A stretch of DNA of 64,000 nt, taken from positions 11,607,398-11,671,397 of the forward strand of contig CM082588.2 in assembly GCA_040954595.2 (NCBI GenBank), written 5' to 3'. The notes beneath the pieces were generated by a model. That model searched no databases. It was not told the DNA's origin and was given only the letters and a program-made list of their open reading frames with translations. The translations under genes and the position numbers were made by a program. The stretch comes from Balanoglossus misakiensis (Eukaryota; Animalia; Hemichordata). Position 1 is the first letter of the stretch, and each line of letters starts with the position of its first letter. Of this stretch, positions 34,781-49,500 are shown piece by piece.

Positions 34781-37700
34781 TGTAGTAACCTCGATGTGCC
34801 GTCTCAAATGGCGCCCTAATTCACATCAAAGGCCACAGGGTTCTATAGTATTTGCCGTTAACTAACTGGAGCTCACCATCGCCGACGAACATTCCTTGTC
34901 AGATGTCACAGAAAACGCTGCTCGGAACTTTACACGAACATTTAATGACTGAACATACAACACTGGCACTGGATGATGCGTCGCGGTGGTTGAAGTTTCC
35001 GTAGAAAACTGGCAAAAATCCCCAGGCTAACTGTGCAAAAGTCCTCACATGTGCGCCATGGAATTTTCCAGATATTTTCTAAACAAAAGCGCATGCGCTA
35101 ATGTACTCACAGCGCGAGGGCGCTAGACTAAATATTTCAGTTTCTCTAAGAACTGGGCGTCCTTACACCAGCCCCCAAATTGTTCATGAAAAAACATTAA
35201 CAATTTCCATCCTGGCAAATTCAAAACGCCAACATCCATATGTGCCGAAATTACATATCAAATAGAAATTACAAAACAATATCTATAAATATCTCGAAAC
35301 GCGAAGTCGAAAGTTTTTCAGGAAACGCGAATACAAGAATCCTTTTCTTCATGAATGTGATGATACATCCTAGACCATGCCCAGACCTCGTCCGGTCAAT
35401 CATGCTGCCAAGCATGATATCCAACACATCTGTACTTCAAAGATGAGATCAAACGCTGAACGTAGTGGATAGACTGGCCACTACTTGAGATCGTTGTTAT
35501 TACAGCTGCTGGTAACTGCAACCATACCAATACCACTAAGTCTGTGCTTCCAGCAATGTGCACAACTTATCATATGGTCTTTCTAAAACACTGGATCTGG
35601 TCTTCACCAATACTCGTCTCACCACCCCTTTCCGATCAGGCATAACTTTGACGATTACACCCAAAGGCCACGCATTTCTGGAGGTGTTCTCATCCTTTTC
35701 CAATACAAATCTGACAGATACTGCACTTGCTTCCATCTGTGTACAGCATACAAGTCGTTCTTCTCCGTCACACCAGGGGGTGTTGCTGCTCCCTTCATAG
35801 TAAGCAACATACTGGGTGTCAATGCTTTTAAGTCTCTAACGTCGTCCGACGATACTGTAATCTCATGCGGTCCATCTGTACGACGACTTTTGTTCTTGGC
35901 ACATCTCAACAATGTGTCACCCACTTTACGTATCCAGGCCACTGCTTCCTTCAGTTTATACCAACTGGAGTAGTGGTCTATCATTTTCTGAACCGTCTCC
36001 TCCGCATTAACGGACATGGATCGATCCGCCCCTTTGTCAGGCGTCAGTCGTTCTCCCGAAACAACAGGTACTGTTCCCAACACAACGGGTACAGTTTCTT
36101 CTTCCGACCTCAAGGCTATTCTATGCACTAGTGCAGATTTCTTCACCTCTGGATCTTCTGGATCTAGCTGTGTATTGTAGCTATCACTTGGCCATTTGTC
36201 TTGTGTCTTCCGCAAGAAATCAGGACCACCTATCCATCTTTCGTTCTTCAGAAAAGCATCTATTTTCTGACCTCTAGAGCACTCATCTGCCGGGTTGTCA
36301 CTGGTATTAATGTAGCGCCAGTTCGCTGGGTCTGATCCTCCTCGAATCACTGCTAGTCTATTCGCCACGAAGGTATGAAATCTTGTGGTTTTGTTGTTTA
36401 TGTACCGCAGCACGGTTTTGCTATCCGTCCAAAACACGGATTCATTGATTGGCAAATCCACCTCATTTCTGAGAAGTTTGTCAAGCCTCACTGCTACAGT
36501 AGCTGCAGTTAATTCCATTCGTGGGATCGATATTTGCTTCAATGGAGCCACTCTTGCTTTGGCCATCATCAAAGTGCTGTGGATGTTTCCGCTTTTGTCG
36601 ATCAACCTAAGATATGATACAGCGCCATATCCATTTTCGCTGGCATCAGCAAAGTGATGTAGCTGAGCTGTGTCTACTTCACCAAAGTGCTCGGGCTTTA
36701 TACATCTGGGTACTGCGAAACACTCTTCTAATTTCGGTAGATCCCTCAACCAATTCTCCCACACTTTGCGTTGTTTTCCAGGAATATCATCATCCCAGCC
36801 TAGTTTTGCTTTACACAGCTGCTGCAAAAGCATCTTGGGTGGCAGAAGCGCTGGTGCTGCCATGCCCAGTGGGTCGTATAATGAACTAACCACTCCCAGA
36901 ATTCCTCGTCTGGTCGCTGGTTTCTCTTTAGTACAATTTCTGAATCCGAATTCGTCAGATTCCACGTTCCACTGCATACCGAGTGCATGCTCCATTGGCA
37001 AGTCATCTCGCTCCAAGTCTAAGTTCTTCACCTCTATCGCCCTTTGTTCTTCAGGTATTGCTTCCAAAACTGGACGCGTATTGCTGATCCACTTTGTGAG
37101 CTTGAACCCTGATTTCTTACAGGTGTCTGTCAGCCCTTCAGCCAAAGACTTTCCTTCCATCACTGTTGATGCTGCCTTCAACATGTCATCAACGTAGAAG
37201 TTTCTAGATATGGTGTTCTTGACACTCAGATCAGAAGTATTGTCTGGAGCTTTCTTCAACGCGAAGTTTGCACAACTGGGTGACAATGTAGCCCCGAAGA
37301 TGTGCACTGTCATTCGGTACTCGACAGGAGGTTCCTCTACATTACCATTAGGCCACCACAGAAAACGCTGGAAATCTCGGTTTTCTTGCGACACGCCAAC
37401 TTGAGAGAACATAGCCTCTATATCTGACATCAGTGCTATCCGCTCTTCACGAAAACGTATAAGCACTCCTACAAGTGAACTGGTCAGATCCGGTCCTTGC
37501 ATTAATTCCTTGTTCAAAGAAGTTCCCTTGTATTCTGCACCACAGTCGAAGACTACCCGGATTTTCTGTTTCTGTGGATGGTATACTCCATGATGGGGAA
37601 GATACCATTTCTTTCCAGGATTGCCTTCCAATTCTTCCTGTGGCACCCTTTCAGCATAGCCTTTGTCTATAATACTTTCCATGAAGGTAGTATATTCTTG

Positions 37701-37824
37701 ACGATAGTCATCGTTGTTTCTAAATTTCTTTCCCAACTGAGAAAGCCGATATTCTACTGCCACTTTGTTGTTTGGCATCGTAACACCGTCATCACGAAAC
37801 GGTAATGGCACCTGGTAATGACCA
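34781..37824 (-). mobile_element. BEL family A copy 2, 3' part (LTR 34781-35167, RT-RNase H), truncated at the fold-back junction
   Basis: Near-identical to 8-3050, same ACCAG flank (34776-34780) and same integrase deletions. Confidence 0.95.
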
Positions 37825-40800
37825 AGGTCAAATGTAGATCGAGTGGTCTTAGTGTACAAACGTACGCCTTTATTGACAACGGCAGTGACACAGTATTCTG
37901 TACGGAAACACTTCGCCGACAACTGAACGTCGGTGGTAAGAAAACAAAGATTATGCTGAACACTATCACTGGAAGTAAATCAGCTGATAGTCGTGTTATC
38001 AAGGGTCCAGAAGTTTCAGATCTTGATGAGCATTACATCATCAAACTTCCAGCTACATATACGCAAGAGAAAATTCCTGCTTCGAAAGATCTCATCGTTA
38101 CACAAGATGACATTGGCAAGTATCCTTATTTGCGTAAGGTACGCCTGCCTGAGATAGATGCGGAAATAGGCCTACTCATCGGTGGTAACGTTCCTGAAGC
38201 GTTTGAACCATGGGAAGTGATAAACAGTAATGGAGATGGACCATTTGCCGTACGTACCCGTTTAGGCTGGTTCGTAAATGGTTTCCTTACGGGGGCTGGC
38301 GTGTCAGAAAATGAAACTGCCGCAACAGTCTGTAGAATACAAGTTGGACCGGCGATTGATCAGCAGTTAATCAACCTCTTCAATCACGAGTTCAGCGAGC
38401 GCATCATAGATGACAAACCCGAAGATTCGGTTGAAGATAGAAAGTTCATGAAGATTGCGTACGAACAAACGCAGTTTGTTGATGGTCATTACCAGGTGCC
38501 ATTACCGTTTCGTGATGACGGTGTTACGATGCCAAACAACAAAGTGGCAGTAGAATATCGGCTTTCTCAGTTGGGAAAGAAATTTAGAAACAACGATGAC
38601 TATCGTCAAGAATATACTACCTTCATGGAAAGTATTATAGACAAAGGCTATGCTGAAAGGGTGCCACAGGAAGAATTGGAAAGCAATCCTGGAAAGAAAT
38701 GGTATCTTCCCCATCATGGAGTATACCATCCACAGAAACAGAAAATCCGGGTAGTCTTCGACTGTGGTGCAGAATACAAGGGAACTTCTTTGAACAAGGA
38801 ATTAATGCAAGGACCGGATCTGACCAGTTCACTTGTAGGAGTGCTTATACGTTTTCGTGAAGAGCGGATAGCACTGATGTCAGATATAGAGGCTATGTTC
38901 TCTCAAGTTGGCGTGTCGCAAGAAAACCGAGATTTCCAGTGTTTTCTGTGGTGGCCTAATGGTAATGTAGAGGAACCTCCTGTCGAGTACCGAATGACAG
39001 TGCACATCTTCGGGGCTACATCGTCACCCAGTTGTGCAAACTTCGCGTTGAAGAAAGCTTCAGACAATACTTCTGATCTGAGTGTCAAGAACACCATATC
39101 TAGAAACTTCTACGTTGATGACATGTTGAAGGCAGCATCAACAGTGATGGAAGGAAAGTCTTTGGCTGAAGGGCTGACAGACACCTGTAAGAAATCAGGG
39201 TTCAAGCTCACAAAGTGGATCAGCAATACGCGTCCAGTTTTGGAAGCAATACCTGAAGAACAAAGGGCGATAGAGGTGAAGAACTTAGACTTGGAGCGAG
39301 ATGACTTGCCAATGGAGCATGCACTCGGTATGCAGTGGAACGTGGAATCTGACGAATTCGGATTCAGAAATCGTACTAAAGAGAAACCAGCGACCAGACG
39401 AGGAATTCTGGGAGTGGTTAGTTCATTATACGACCCACTGGGCATGGCAGCACCAGCGCTTCTGCCACCCAAGATGCTTTTGCAGCAGCTGTGTAAAGCA
39501 AAACTAGGCTGGGATGATGATATTCCTGGAAAACAACGCAAAGTGTGGGAGAATTGGTTGAGGGATCTACCGAAATTAGAAGAGTGTTTCGCAGTACCCA
39601 GATGTATAAAGCCCGAGCACTTTGGTGAAGTAGACACAGCTCAGCTACATCACTTTGCTGATGACAGCGAAAATGGATATGGCGCTGTATCATATCTTAG
39701 GTTGATCGACAAAAGCGGAAACATCCACAGCACTTTGATGATGGCCAAAGCAAGAGTGGCTCCATTGAAGCAAATATCGATCCCACGAATGGAATTAACT
39801 GCAGCTACTGTAGCAGTGAGGCTTGACAAACTTCTCAGAAAGGAGATGGATTTGCCAATCAATGAATCCGTGTTTTGGACGGATAGCAAAACCGTGCTGC
39901 GGTACATAAACAACGAAACCACAAGATTTCATACCTTCGTGGCGAATAGACTAGCAGTGATTCGAGGAGGATCAGACCCAGCGAACTGGCGCTACATTAA
40001 TACCAGTGACAACCCGGCAGATGCTTTTCTGAAGAACGAAAGATGGATAGGTGGTCCTGATTTCTTGCGGAAGACACAAGACAAATGGCCAAGTGATAGC
40101 TACAATACACAGCTAGATCCAGAAGATCCAGAGGTGAAGAAATCTGCACTAGTGCATAGAATAGCCTTGAGGTCGGAAGAAGAAACTGTACCCGTTGTGT
40201 TGGGAACAGTACCTGTTGTTTCGGGAGAACGACAGACGCCTGACAAAGGGGCGGATCGATCCATGTCCGTTAATGCGGAGGAGACGGTTCAGAAAATGAT
40301 AGACCACTACTCCAGTTGGTATAAACTGAAGAAAGCAGTGGCCTGGATACGTAAAGTGGGTGACACATTGTTGAGATGTGCCAAGAACAAAAGTCGTCGT
40401 ACAGATGGACCGCATGAGATTACAGTATCGTCGGACGACGTTAGAGACTTAAAAGCATTGACACCCAGTATGTTGCTTACTATGAAGGGAGCAGCAACAC
40501 CCCCTGGTGTGACGGAGAAGAACGACTTGTATGCTGTACACAGATGGAAGCAAGTGCAGTATCTGTCAGATTTGTATTGGAAAAGGATGAGAACACCTCC
40601 AGAAATGCGTGGCCTTTGGGTGTAATCGTCAAAGTTATGCCTGATCGGAAAGGGGTGGTGAGACGAGTATTGGTGAAGACCAGATCCAGTGTTTTAGAAA
40701 GACCATATGATAAGTTGTGCACATTGCTGGAAGCACAGACTTAGTGGTATTGGTATGGTTGCAGTTACCAGCAGCTGTAATAACAACGATCTCAAGTAGT

Positions 40801-41499
40801 GGCCAGTCTATCCACTACGTCCAGCGTTTGATCTCATCTTTGAAGTACAGATGTGTTGGATATCATGCTTGGCAGCATGATTGACCGGACGAGGTCTGGG
40901 CATGGTCAAGGATGTATCATCACATTCATGAAGAAAAGGATTCTTGTATTCGTGTTTCCTGAAAAACTTTCGACTTCGCGTTTCGAGATATTTATAGATA
41001 TTGTTTTGTAATTTCTATTTGATATGTAATTTCGGCACATATGGATGTTGGCGTTTTGAATTTGCTAGGATGGAAATTGTTAATGTTTTTTCATGAACAA
41101 TTTGGGGGCTGGTGTAAGGACGCCCAGTTCTTAGAGAAACTGAAATATTTAGTCTAGCGCCCTCGCGCTGTGAGTACATTAGCGCATGCGCTTTTGTTTA
41201 GAAAATATCTGGAAAATTCCATGGCGCACATGTGAGGACTTTTGCACAGTTAGCCTGGGGATTTTTGCCAGTTTTCTACGGAAACTTCAACCACCGCGAC
41301 GCATCATCCAGTGCCAGTGTTGTATGTTCAGTCATTAAATGTTCGTGTAAAGTTCCGAGCAGCGTTTTCTGTGACATCTGACAAGGAATGTTCGTCGGCG
41401 ATGGTGAGCTCCAGTTAGTTAACGGCAAATACTGTAGAACCCTGTGGCCTTTGATGTGAATTAGGGCGCCATTTGAGACGGCACATCGAGGTTACTACA
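37823..41499 (+). mobile_element. BEL family A copy 3, inverted (protease-RT-RNase H, LTR 41113-41499)
   Basis: Reverse complement of 8-3710; flank ctggt at 41500-41504; ORF 37818-40625; in-frame 27 bp deletion near 40023 between agatg microhomologies. Confidence 0.95.
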
Positions 41500-42134
41500 C
41501 TGGTAACGTTGAACAAGTCGATTTTTCTAGGGCCTGGCTCGGCTAAATCTCCGTCACAATATGACAGACACTAGCGTACGTTAGCAACGGTGATCAAGTC
41601 AGATTTTCTACGGCATGGCTTGGATAAAGCCCCGGCACTCTAGAGCAGAAACACGCGTACAGAGACCAGGTTGATCAAGTCTGATCTCCTACGGCTTGGC
41701 TCGACTGAAACCCCGGCACACTAGGACAGACACTAGCGTTCGTTAGCAACGTTGATCAAGTCAGATTTCCTACGGCATGGCTTGGCTAAAGCCCTGGCAC
41801 TCTAGAGCAGAAACACGCGTACAGAGACCACGTTGATCTACTCACATTTCCTTCGGCCTGGCACGGCTGATGCCCCGGCACTATATATAGGACACAGACT
41901 GGCGTAAGTTAACAACGGTAATCACGTCGGGTTTCCTACGGCCTGGCTCAGCTGAAGCCCCGGCACTCTAGAGCAGAAACAGGCGTACATTGACCACGTT
42001 GATCAAGTCAGATTTCCTACGGCGTGACTCGGCTGGTGCACCGGCTCTATATGACACAGACTGGCGTAAGTTATCAACGGTGATTACGTCGGATTTCCTA
42101 CGGCCTGGTTTAGCTGAAGCCCCGGCACTTTAGA
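41500..42134 (-). repeat. Macrosatellite 81 bp domain, inverted
   Basis: Reverse complement of the 81 bp subrepeat block. Confidence 0.93.
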
Positions 42135-43571
42135 GCGAGACGTTCTTTGCCGAGTAGGATGCTGTCAGACAACGCATCGACTTATTTATCGGCTGCCAAT
42201 GAAATCAAAACACTGTTTGATACGCCAGAAGTAAATGACTTTCTCGCCGCACATCGTGTACAATGGACGTTTATACCGAAGCGCGCGCCCTGGTTTGGTG
42301 GCTTCTGGGAGAGGCTGATTGCTTTGACAAAGAACGCTATTAGGAAAACTGTCGGTCGAGCTTACCTAACCTTTGATGAACTCGCAACAGTTGTGACTGA
42401 AATTGAAGCCGTTTTAAACGACAGGCCGTTAACGTACGTGTCATCCAGTATAAACGACAACATTGGATTGACCCCAAATCACTTGCTACATGGCAGGACA
42501 CTGACATCATTGCCGTACATCGAGATCACCGACGAAGAGGTGATTGACCCATCTTACTGTGATAATCGTGAAATCAACAAAAGATATGAACATCTATCAA
42601 GATTACACGATCAATTTTGGCGAAGATGGTCGTCCGATTATCTGACTGCCCTACGTGAACGACATCCCACCAAAGGAACTCGTGATAATGTCATCAAGGT
42701 CGGAGATGTCGTGATAATACACAGTGACACTGACAAACGTCCGAAATGGCATTTAGGAACTGTAACAAGGTTGATCTTCGGTAATGATAAACTGGTACGA
42801 TCTGCGGAGTTGAACACCGCAGGTGGTCCTACAAACCGACCTATCCATAAATTGTACCCATTGGAAGTTGTCTCCAAGGAGCTGTCAACTGTGTCTGGAG
42901 ATAATACAGGTATTGGTGCAGATTCCAACACGAATACTGAAACAGTCGACACAGCTGGAGCCTCTGAAGATTCCTCGGTGAAGGCGGATGTTGTACCCCC
43001 GAGACGACCTGTCAAGACTCTGCAGTTGCCGCTCGAGTACGAATAGCGGATCTCTCTATTTGACTTTGAAATTGGAAAACAATTTCGATCGCATTGTGAC
43101 TGTTATCATGTTTACTGACACAATGAACATTAGTTTATTATCCTTGAACACTTTAGGTGACTTTAATCATATTTCATGTTATTTGATGTTTTTTTTTCTG
43201 ACGATTTTCGAGACTTTCCTTTGCGCGGGGGAGAATATGGAGAAGTGAGAGATTTACTCCAGAGAGATCACGTGACGGAAACTCTTACCCTATCAGAGTT
43301 GACTTTGTTTCCCGCCAAACTTTATACTTGTAGCAGATTTATTGTAATTTTTGAGTGTTTGCTCCGGCGTTCGTGGGACTTATATATAACCCAGTTTTGG
43401 CGCTTTCGGGCAGCATTTTCTAAGGAGCTCTGTGGTGTTACTTTGTTGTTGGATTCAGATGGTAATAAACCAGTGTTTTACCTAGCACTGAATCGTTCGC
43501 TTCTTTTCCGACGTCAGTATACTCGAACCCCCTCCCGGGAGTATTGATCACTGCCACGATACTTCCCCACA
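42135..43571 (+). mobile_element. BEL family B 3' fragment, inverted duplicate (LTR 43236-43571)
   Basis: Reverse complement of 30576-32013 with identical breakpoints in the satellite; ORF 42147-43046. Confidence 0.93.
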
Positions 43572-46500
43572 ATTTGGTCAAAATTGTAAATTTTTGAAAA
43601 TTACAAAAAATACCTGTTTTCTACATTTTCGGAAATCTGATGGAGTATAGAATGCTCTTCGTATGTATATATCGATACAAATTCCACAAAAGACCGTCTA
43701 ATTTGGCTCACTGCAGACAAAATTGCGTTTTACCAAATTTTCCTTGAAAATGTCATTTTTAGAAAAAAAAAATAAAAAAACCTTTGTTCTTCGAATTTGG
43801 TGCCCTGATCATATATGGCATGTTGATTGTATGTTAAGACTTTCGACCACTCCAAAAATGCAGAGATATTGTCGGAATTCAAGAAAAAATAGCCATTTTG
43901 GCCATATTTTGACAAAAATGGTAAATTTTTAAAAAATCATAAAAAATTAACTCTTTTCTGATTTTTTCGGAAATATTATGGAGCATGAAGTGTCGTTCTC
44001 TTGTAAAAAGTGCTGCAAATTCCAGAAAAGGCGGTATAATTTAAATCACCCAAGACAAAATTACGACTTTTTTTCGAAAAATTGTCTTTTTTACAAAATA
44101 AATAAGAATAAATTCTTTTCTTAGTTTGAAACGGGTAGAGATACTTTCCACACGGGTTTTCTAACATTGAATTCCCGTTCATCAACTCAGATTTCCAACA
44201 GCATAAGTCGGCTAAAACCCTGACAATCTAGAGCAGAAACAGTTGCACACTGGTAACGTTGAACAAGTCGATTTTTCTACGGCCTGGCTCCGCTAAATGT
44301 CCGTCACAATATGACAGACACTAGCGTACGTTAGCAACGGTGATCAAGTCAGATTTTCTACGGCATGGCTTGGATAAAGCCCCGGCACTCTAGAGCAGAA
44401 AAACGCGTACAGAGACCACGTTGATCAAGTCTGATCTCCTACGGCTTGGCACGGCTGATGCCCCGGCACTATATATAGGACACAGACTGGCGTAAGTTAA
44501 CAACGGTAATCACGTCGGGTTTCCTACGGCCTGGCTCAGCTGAAGCCCCGGCACTCTAGAGCAGAAACAGGCGTACATTGACCACGTTGATCAAGTCAGA
44601 TTTCCTACGGCGTGACTCGGCTGGTGCACCGGCTCTATATGACACAGACTGGCGTAAGTTATCAACGGTGATTACGTCGGATTTCCTACGGCCTGGTTTA
44701 GCTGAAGCCCCGGCACTTTAGAGCGGAAACACGCGTACATTGACCACGATGATCAATTCAGATCTCCTACGGCCTGGCTCGACTAAAACCCCGGCACACC
44801 ATAACAGACACTAGCGTTCGTTAGCAACGGTGATCAAGTCTGATTTCCTTCGGCCTGGCTCTGCAGAAGACCCGACACTCTAGTACAAAGACGTTGGCTT
44901 AGTCGGGCAAACCGAAGAGGGAAAGTCACAGCGGGTCAACACTCGACATTTGTTCGGGTAGGACTGCATTATTGCCTGTCAATTTATAGAGAAAGCTCGA
45001 ATTTAACCAGGGCGTTTCAAACACCGACGTTAGTTGGGGGCACGGCCTGCAGTACTGCCGGGTAAGCTGACATCGGCGTACCGCATGTAATGTAGGGGGG
45101 GGGGGGGGGGACAGAACGGTTTAATACTACATTTATCAGATATCAGCTAATTTTGGACAATCATCTTAAATCTAATTCATTTTTTCATATTTGGATATCT
45201 GATGATGTATGAAATTTCCATTATATGTAAAAATGGTGCTGATTATAAAAATGCACTCTGAATGAGCTGATTTAATACAAAATTGCGTTTTATTCGTTTT
45301 TGCACCAAAAAGGTCATTTTTAGGCAAAACATTCTTTATTTTTTTAATTCGGTGACCTGATCATATATAAACAATTGCTTGTATGTTAAAAGTTTTTATG
45401 ACTTTTAAAAGCAGTGACACTGGCGGCATTCAACAGGAAAATAACAATTTTAGCCACAATTTGGTCTAAATGGTAAATTTTTGAAAATTACAAAAAATGC
45501 CTGTGTTCTACATTTTCGGAAATCTAATGGAGTATAGAATGCTCTTCGTATGTATATATCGATACAAATTCCACAAAAGACCGTCTAATTTGGCTCACTG
45601 CAGACAAAATTGCGTTTTACCAAATTTTCCTTGAAAATGTCATTTTTAGAAAAAAAAATAAAAAAACCTTTGTTCTTCGAATTTGGTGCCCTGATCATAT
45701 ATGACATGTTGATTGTATGTTAAGACTTTCGACCACTCCAAAAATGCAAGATATTGACGGAATTCAAGAAAAAATAGCCATTTTGGCCATGTTTTGACAA
45801 AAATGGTAAATTTTTAAAAAATCATAAAAAATTAACTCTTTTCTTATTTTTTCGGAAATATTATGGAGCATGAAGTGTCGTTCTCTTTTAAAAAGTGCTG
45901 CAAATTCCAGAAAAGGCGGTATAATTTAAATCACCCAAGACAAAATTACCATTTTCGACTTTTTTTTCGAAAAATTGTCTTTTTTACAAAATAAATAAGA
46001 ATAAATTCTTTTCTTAGTTTCAAACGGGTAGAGATACTTTCCACACGGGTTTTCTAACATTGAATTCACGTTCATCAACTCAGATTTCCTACAGCATAAG
46101 TCGGCTAAAACCATGACACTCTAGAGCAGAAACAGTTGCACACTGGTAACGTTGAACAAGTCGATTTTTCTACGGCCTGGCTCGGCTAAATCTCCGTCAA
46201 AATATGACAGACACTAGCGTACGTTAGCAACGGTGATCAAGTCAGATTTTCTACGGCATGGCTTGGATAAAGCCCCGGCACTCTAGAGCAGAAACACGCG
46301 TACAGAGACCATGTTGATCAAGTCTGATCTCCTACGTCTTGGCTCGACTAAAACCCCGGCACACTATGACAGACACTAGCGTTCGTTAGCAACGTTGATC
46401 AAGTCAGATTTCCTACGGCATGGCTTGGCTAAAGCCCTGGCACTCTAGAGCAGAAACACGCGTACAGAGACCACGTTGATCTACTCACATTTCCTTCGGC

Positions 46501-49500
46501 CTGGCACGGCTGATGCCCCGGCACTATATATAGGACACAGACTGGCGTAAGTTAACAACGGTAATCACGTCGGGTTTCCTACGGCCTGGCTCAGCTGAAG
46601 CCCCGGCACTCTAGAGCAGAAACATGCGTACATTGACCACGTTGATCAAGTCAGATTTCCTACGGCGTGACTCGGCTGGTGCACCGGCTCTATATGACAC
46701 AGACTGGCGTAAGTTATCAACAGTGATTACGTCGGATTTCCTACGGCCTGGTTTAGCTGAAGCCCCGGCACTTTAGAGCGGAAACACGCGTACATTGACC
46801 ACGATGATCAAGTCAGATCTCCTACGGCCTGGCCCGACTAAAACCCCGGCACACCATGACAGACACTAGCGTTCGTTAGCAACGGTGATCAAGTCGGATT
46901 TCCTTCGGCCTGGCTCTGCAAAAGACCCGACACTCTAGTACAAAGACGTTGGCTAAGTCGGGCAAACCGAAGAGGGAAAGTCACAGCGGGTCAACACTCG
47001 ACATTTGTTCCGGTAGGACTGCATTATTGCCTGTCAATTTATAGAGAAAGCCCGAATTTAACCAGAGCGTTTCAAACACCGACGTTAGTTGGGGGCACGG
47101 CCTGCAGTACTGCCGGGTAAGCTGACATCGGCGTACCGCATTTAATGTAGGGGGGGGGGGGGGACAGAACGGTTCAATACTACATTTATTAGATATCAGC
47201 TAATTTTGGACAATCATCTAAAATCTAAATCATTTTTTTCATATTTGGATATCTGATGATGTATTAAATTTCCATTACATGTAAAAATGGTGCTGATTAT
47301 AAAAAATGCATTCTGATTTAATACAAAATTGCGTTTTATTCGTTTTTGCACCAAAAAGGTAATTTTTAGGCAAAACATTCTTTATTTTTTTAATTCGGTG
47401 ACCTGATCATATATAAACAATTGCTTGTATGTTAAAAGTTTTTATGACTTTTAAAAGCAGTGACACTGGCGGCATTCAACACGAAAATAACAATTTTAGC
47501 CACAATTTGGTCAAAATGGTAAATTTTTGAAAATTACAAAAAAATACCTGTTTTCTACATTTTCGGAAATCTGATGGAGTATAGAATGCTCTTCGTATGT
47601 ATATATCGATACAAATTCCACAAAAGACCGTCTAATTTGGCTCACTGCAGACAAAATTGCGTTTTACCTAATTTTCCTTGAAAATGTCATTTTTAGAAGA
47701 AAAAAAAATAAAAAAACCTTTGTTCTTCGAATTTGGTGCCCTGATCATATATGACATGTTGATTGTATGTTAAAATTTTCGACCACTCCAAAAATGCAGA
47801 TATATTGACGGAATTCAAGAAAAAATAGCCATTTTGGCCATATTTTGACAAAAATGGTAAATTTTTAAAAAATCATAAAAAAATAACTCTTTTCTTCATT
47901 TTCCGAAATATTATGGAGCATGAAGTGTCGTTCTCTTGTAAGAAGTGCAGCAAATTCCAGAAAAGGCGGTATAATTAATCACCCAAGATAAAATTACCAT
48001 TTTCGACTTTTTTTCGAAAAATTGTCTTTTTTACAAAATAAATAAGAATAAATTCTTTTCTTAGTTTCAAACGGGTAGAGATACTTTCCACACGGGTTTT
48101 CTAACATTGAATTCCCATTCATCAACTCAGATTTCCTACAGCATAAGTCGGCTAAAACCCTGACACTCTAGAGCAGAAACAGTTGCACACTGGTAACGTT
48201 GAACATGTCGATTTTTCTACGGCCTGGCTCTGCTAAATCACCGTCACAATATGACAGACACTAGCGTACGTTAGCAACGGTGATCAAGTCAGATTTTCTA
48301 CGGCATGGCTTGGATAAAGCCCCGGCACTCTAGAGCAGAAACACGCGTACAGAGACCACGTTGATCAAGTCTGATCTCCTACGGCTTGGCTCGACTAAAA
48401 CCATGGCACACTATGACAGACACTAGCGTTCGTTAGCAACGTTGATCAAGTCAGATTTCCTACGGCATGGCTTGGCTAAAGCCCTGGCACTCTAGAGCAG
48501 AAACACGCGTACAGAGACCACGTTGATCTACTCACATTTCCTTCGGCCTGGCACGGCTGATGCCCCGGCACTATATATAGGACACAGACTGGCGTAAGTT
48601 AACAACGGTAATCACGTCGGGTTTCCTACGGCCTGGCTCAGCTGAAGCCCCGGCACTCTAGAGCAGAAACAGGCGTACATTGACCACGTTGATCAAGTCA
48701 GATTTCCTACGGCGTGACTCGGCTGGTGCACCGGCTCTATATGACACAGACTGGCGCAAGTTATCAACGGTGATTACGTCGGATTTCCTACGGCCTGGTT
48801 TAGCTGAAGCCCCGGCACTTTAGAGCGGAAACACGCGTACATTGACCACGATGATCAAGTCAGATCTCCTACGGCCTGGCTCGACTAAAACCCCGGCACA
48901 CCATGACAGACACTAGCGTTCGTTAGCAACGGTGATCAAGTCGGATTTCCTTCGGCCTGGCTCTGCAAAAGACCCGACACTCTAGTACAAAGACGTTGGC
49001 TAAGTCGGGCAAACCGAACAGGGAAAGTCACAGCGGTTCAACACTTGACATTTGTTCCGGTAGGACTGCATTATTGCCTGTCAATTTATAGAGAAAGCCC
49101 GAATTTAACCAGGGCGTTTCAAACACCGACGTTAGTTGGGGGCACGGCCTGCAGTACTGCCGGGTAAGCTGACATCGGCGTACCGCATATAATGTAGGGG
49201 GGGGGGGGAACAGAACGGTTCAATACTACATTTATTACATATCAGGTAATTTTGGACAATCATCTAAAATCTAAATCATTTTTTCATATTTGGATATCTG
49301 ATGATGTATGAAATTTCCATTATATGTAAAAATGGTGCTGATTATAAAAAATGCACTCTGATTTAATACAAAATTGCGTTTTATTCGTTTTTGCACCAAA
49401 AAGGTCATTTTTAGGCAAAACATTCTTTATTTTTTTAATTAGGTGACCTGATCATATATAAACAATTGCTTGTATGTTAAAAGGTTTTATGACTTTTAAA

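Noticed and set aside
37823-38483. Palindrome as a simple sequencing fold-back chimera
   Set aside because: Arms differ by SNPs, a 27 bp deletion, different Tx1 lesions and satellite unit counts, which a single-molecule chimera would not show; a haplotype mis-join still needs read-level exclusion
35655-40625. Long ORFs 35655-37922 and 37818-40625 as functional genes
   Set aside because: Their N-termini are created by the fold-back junction; they are truncated BEL pol without gag or integrase core
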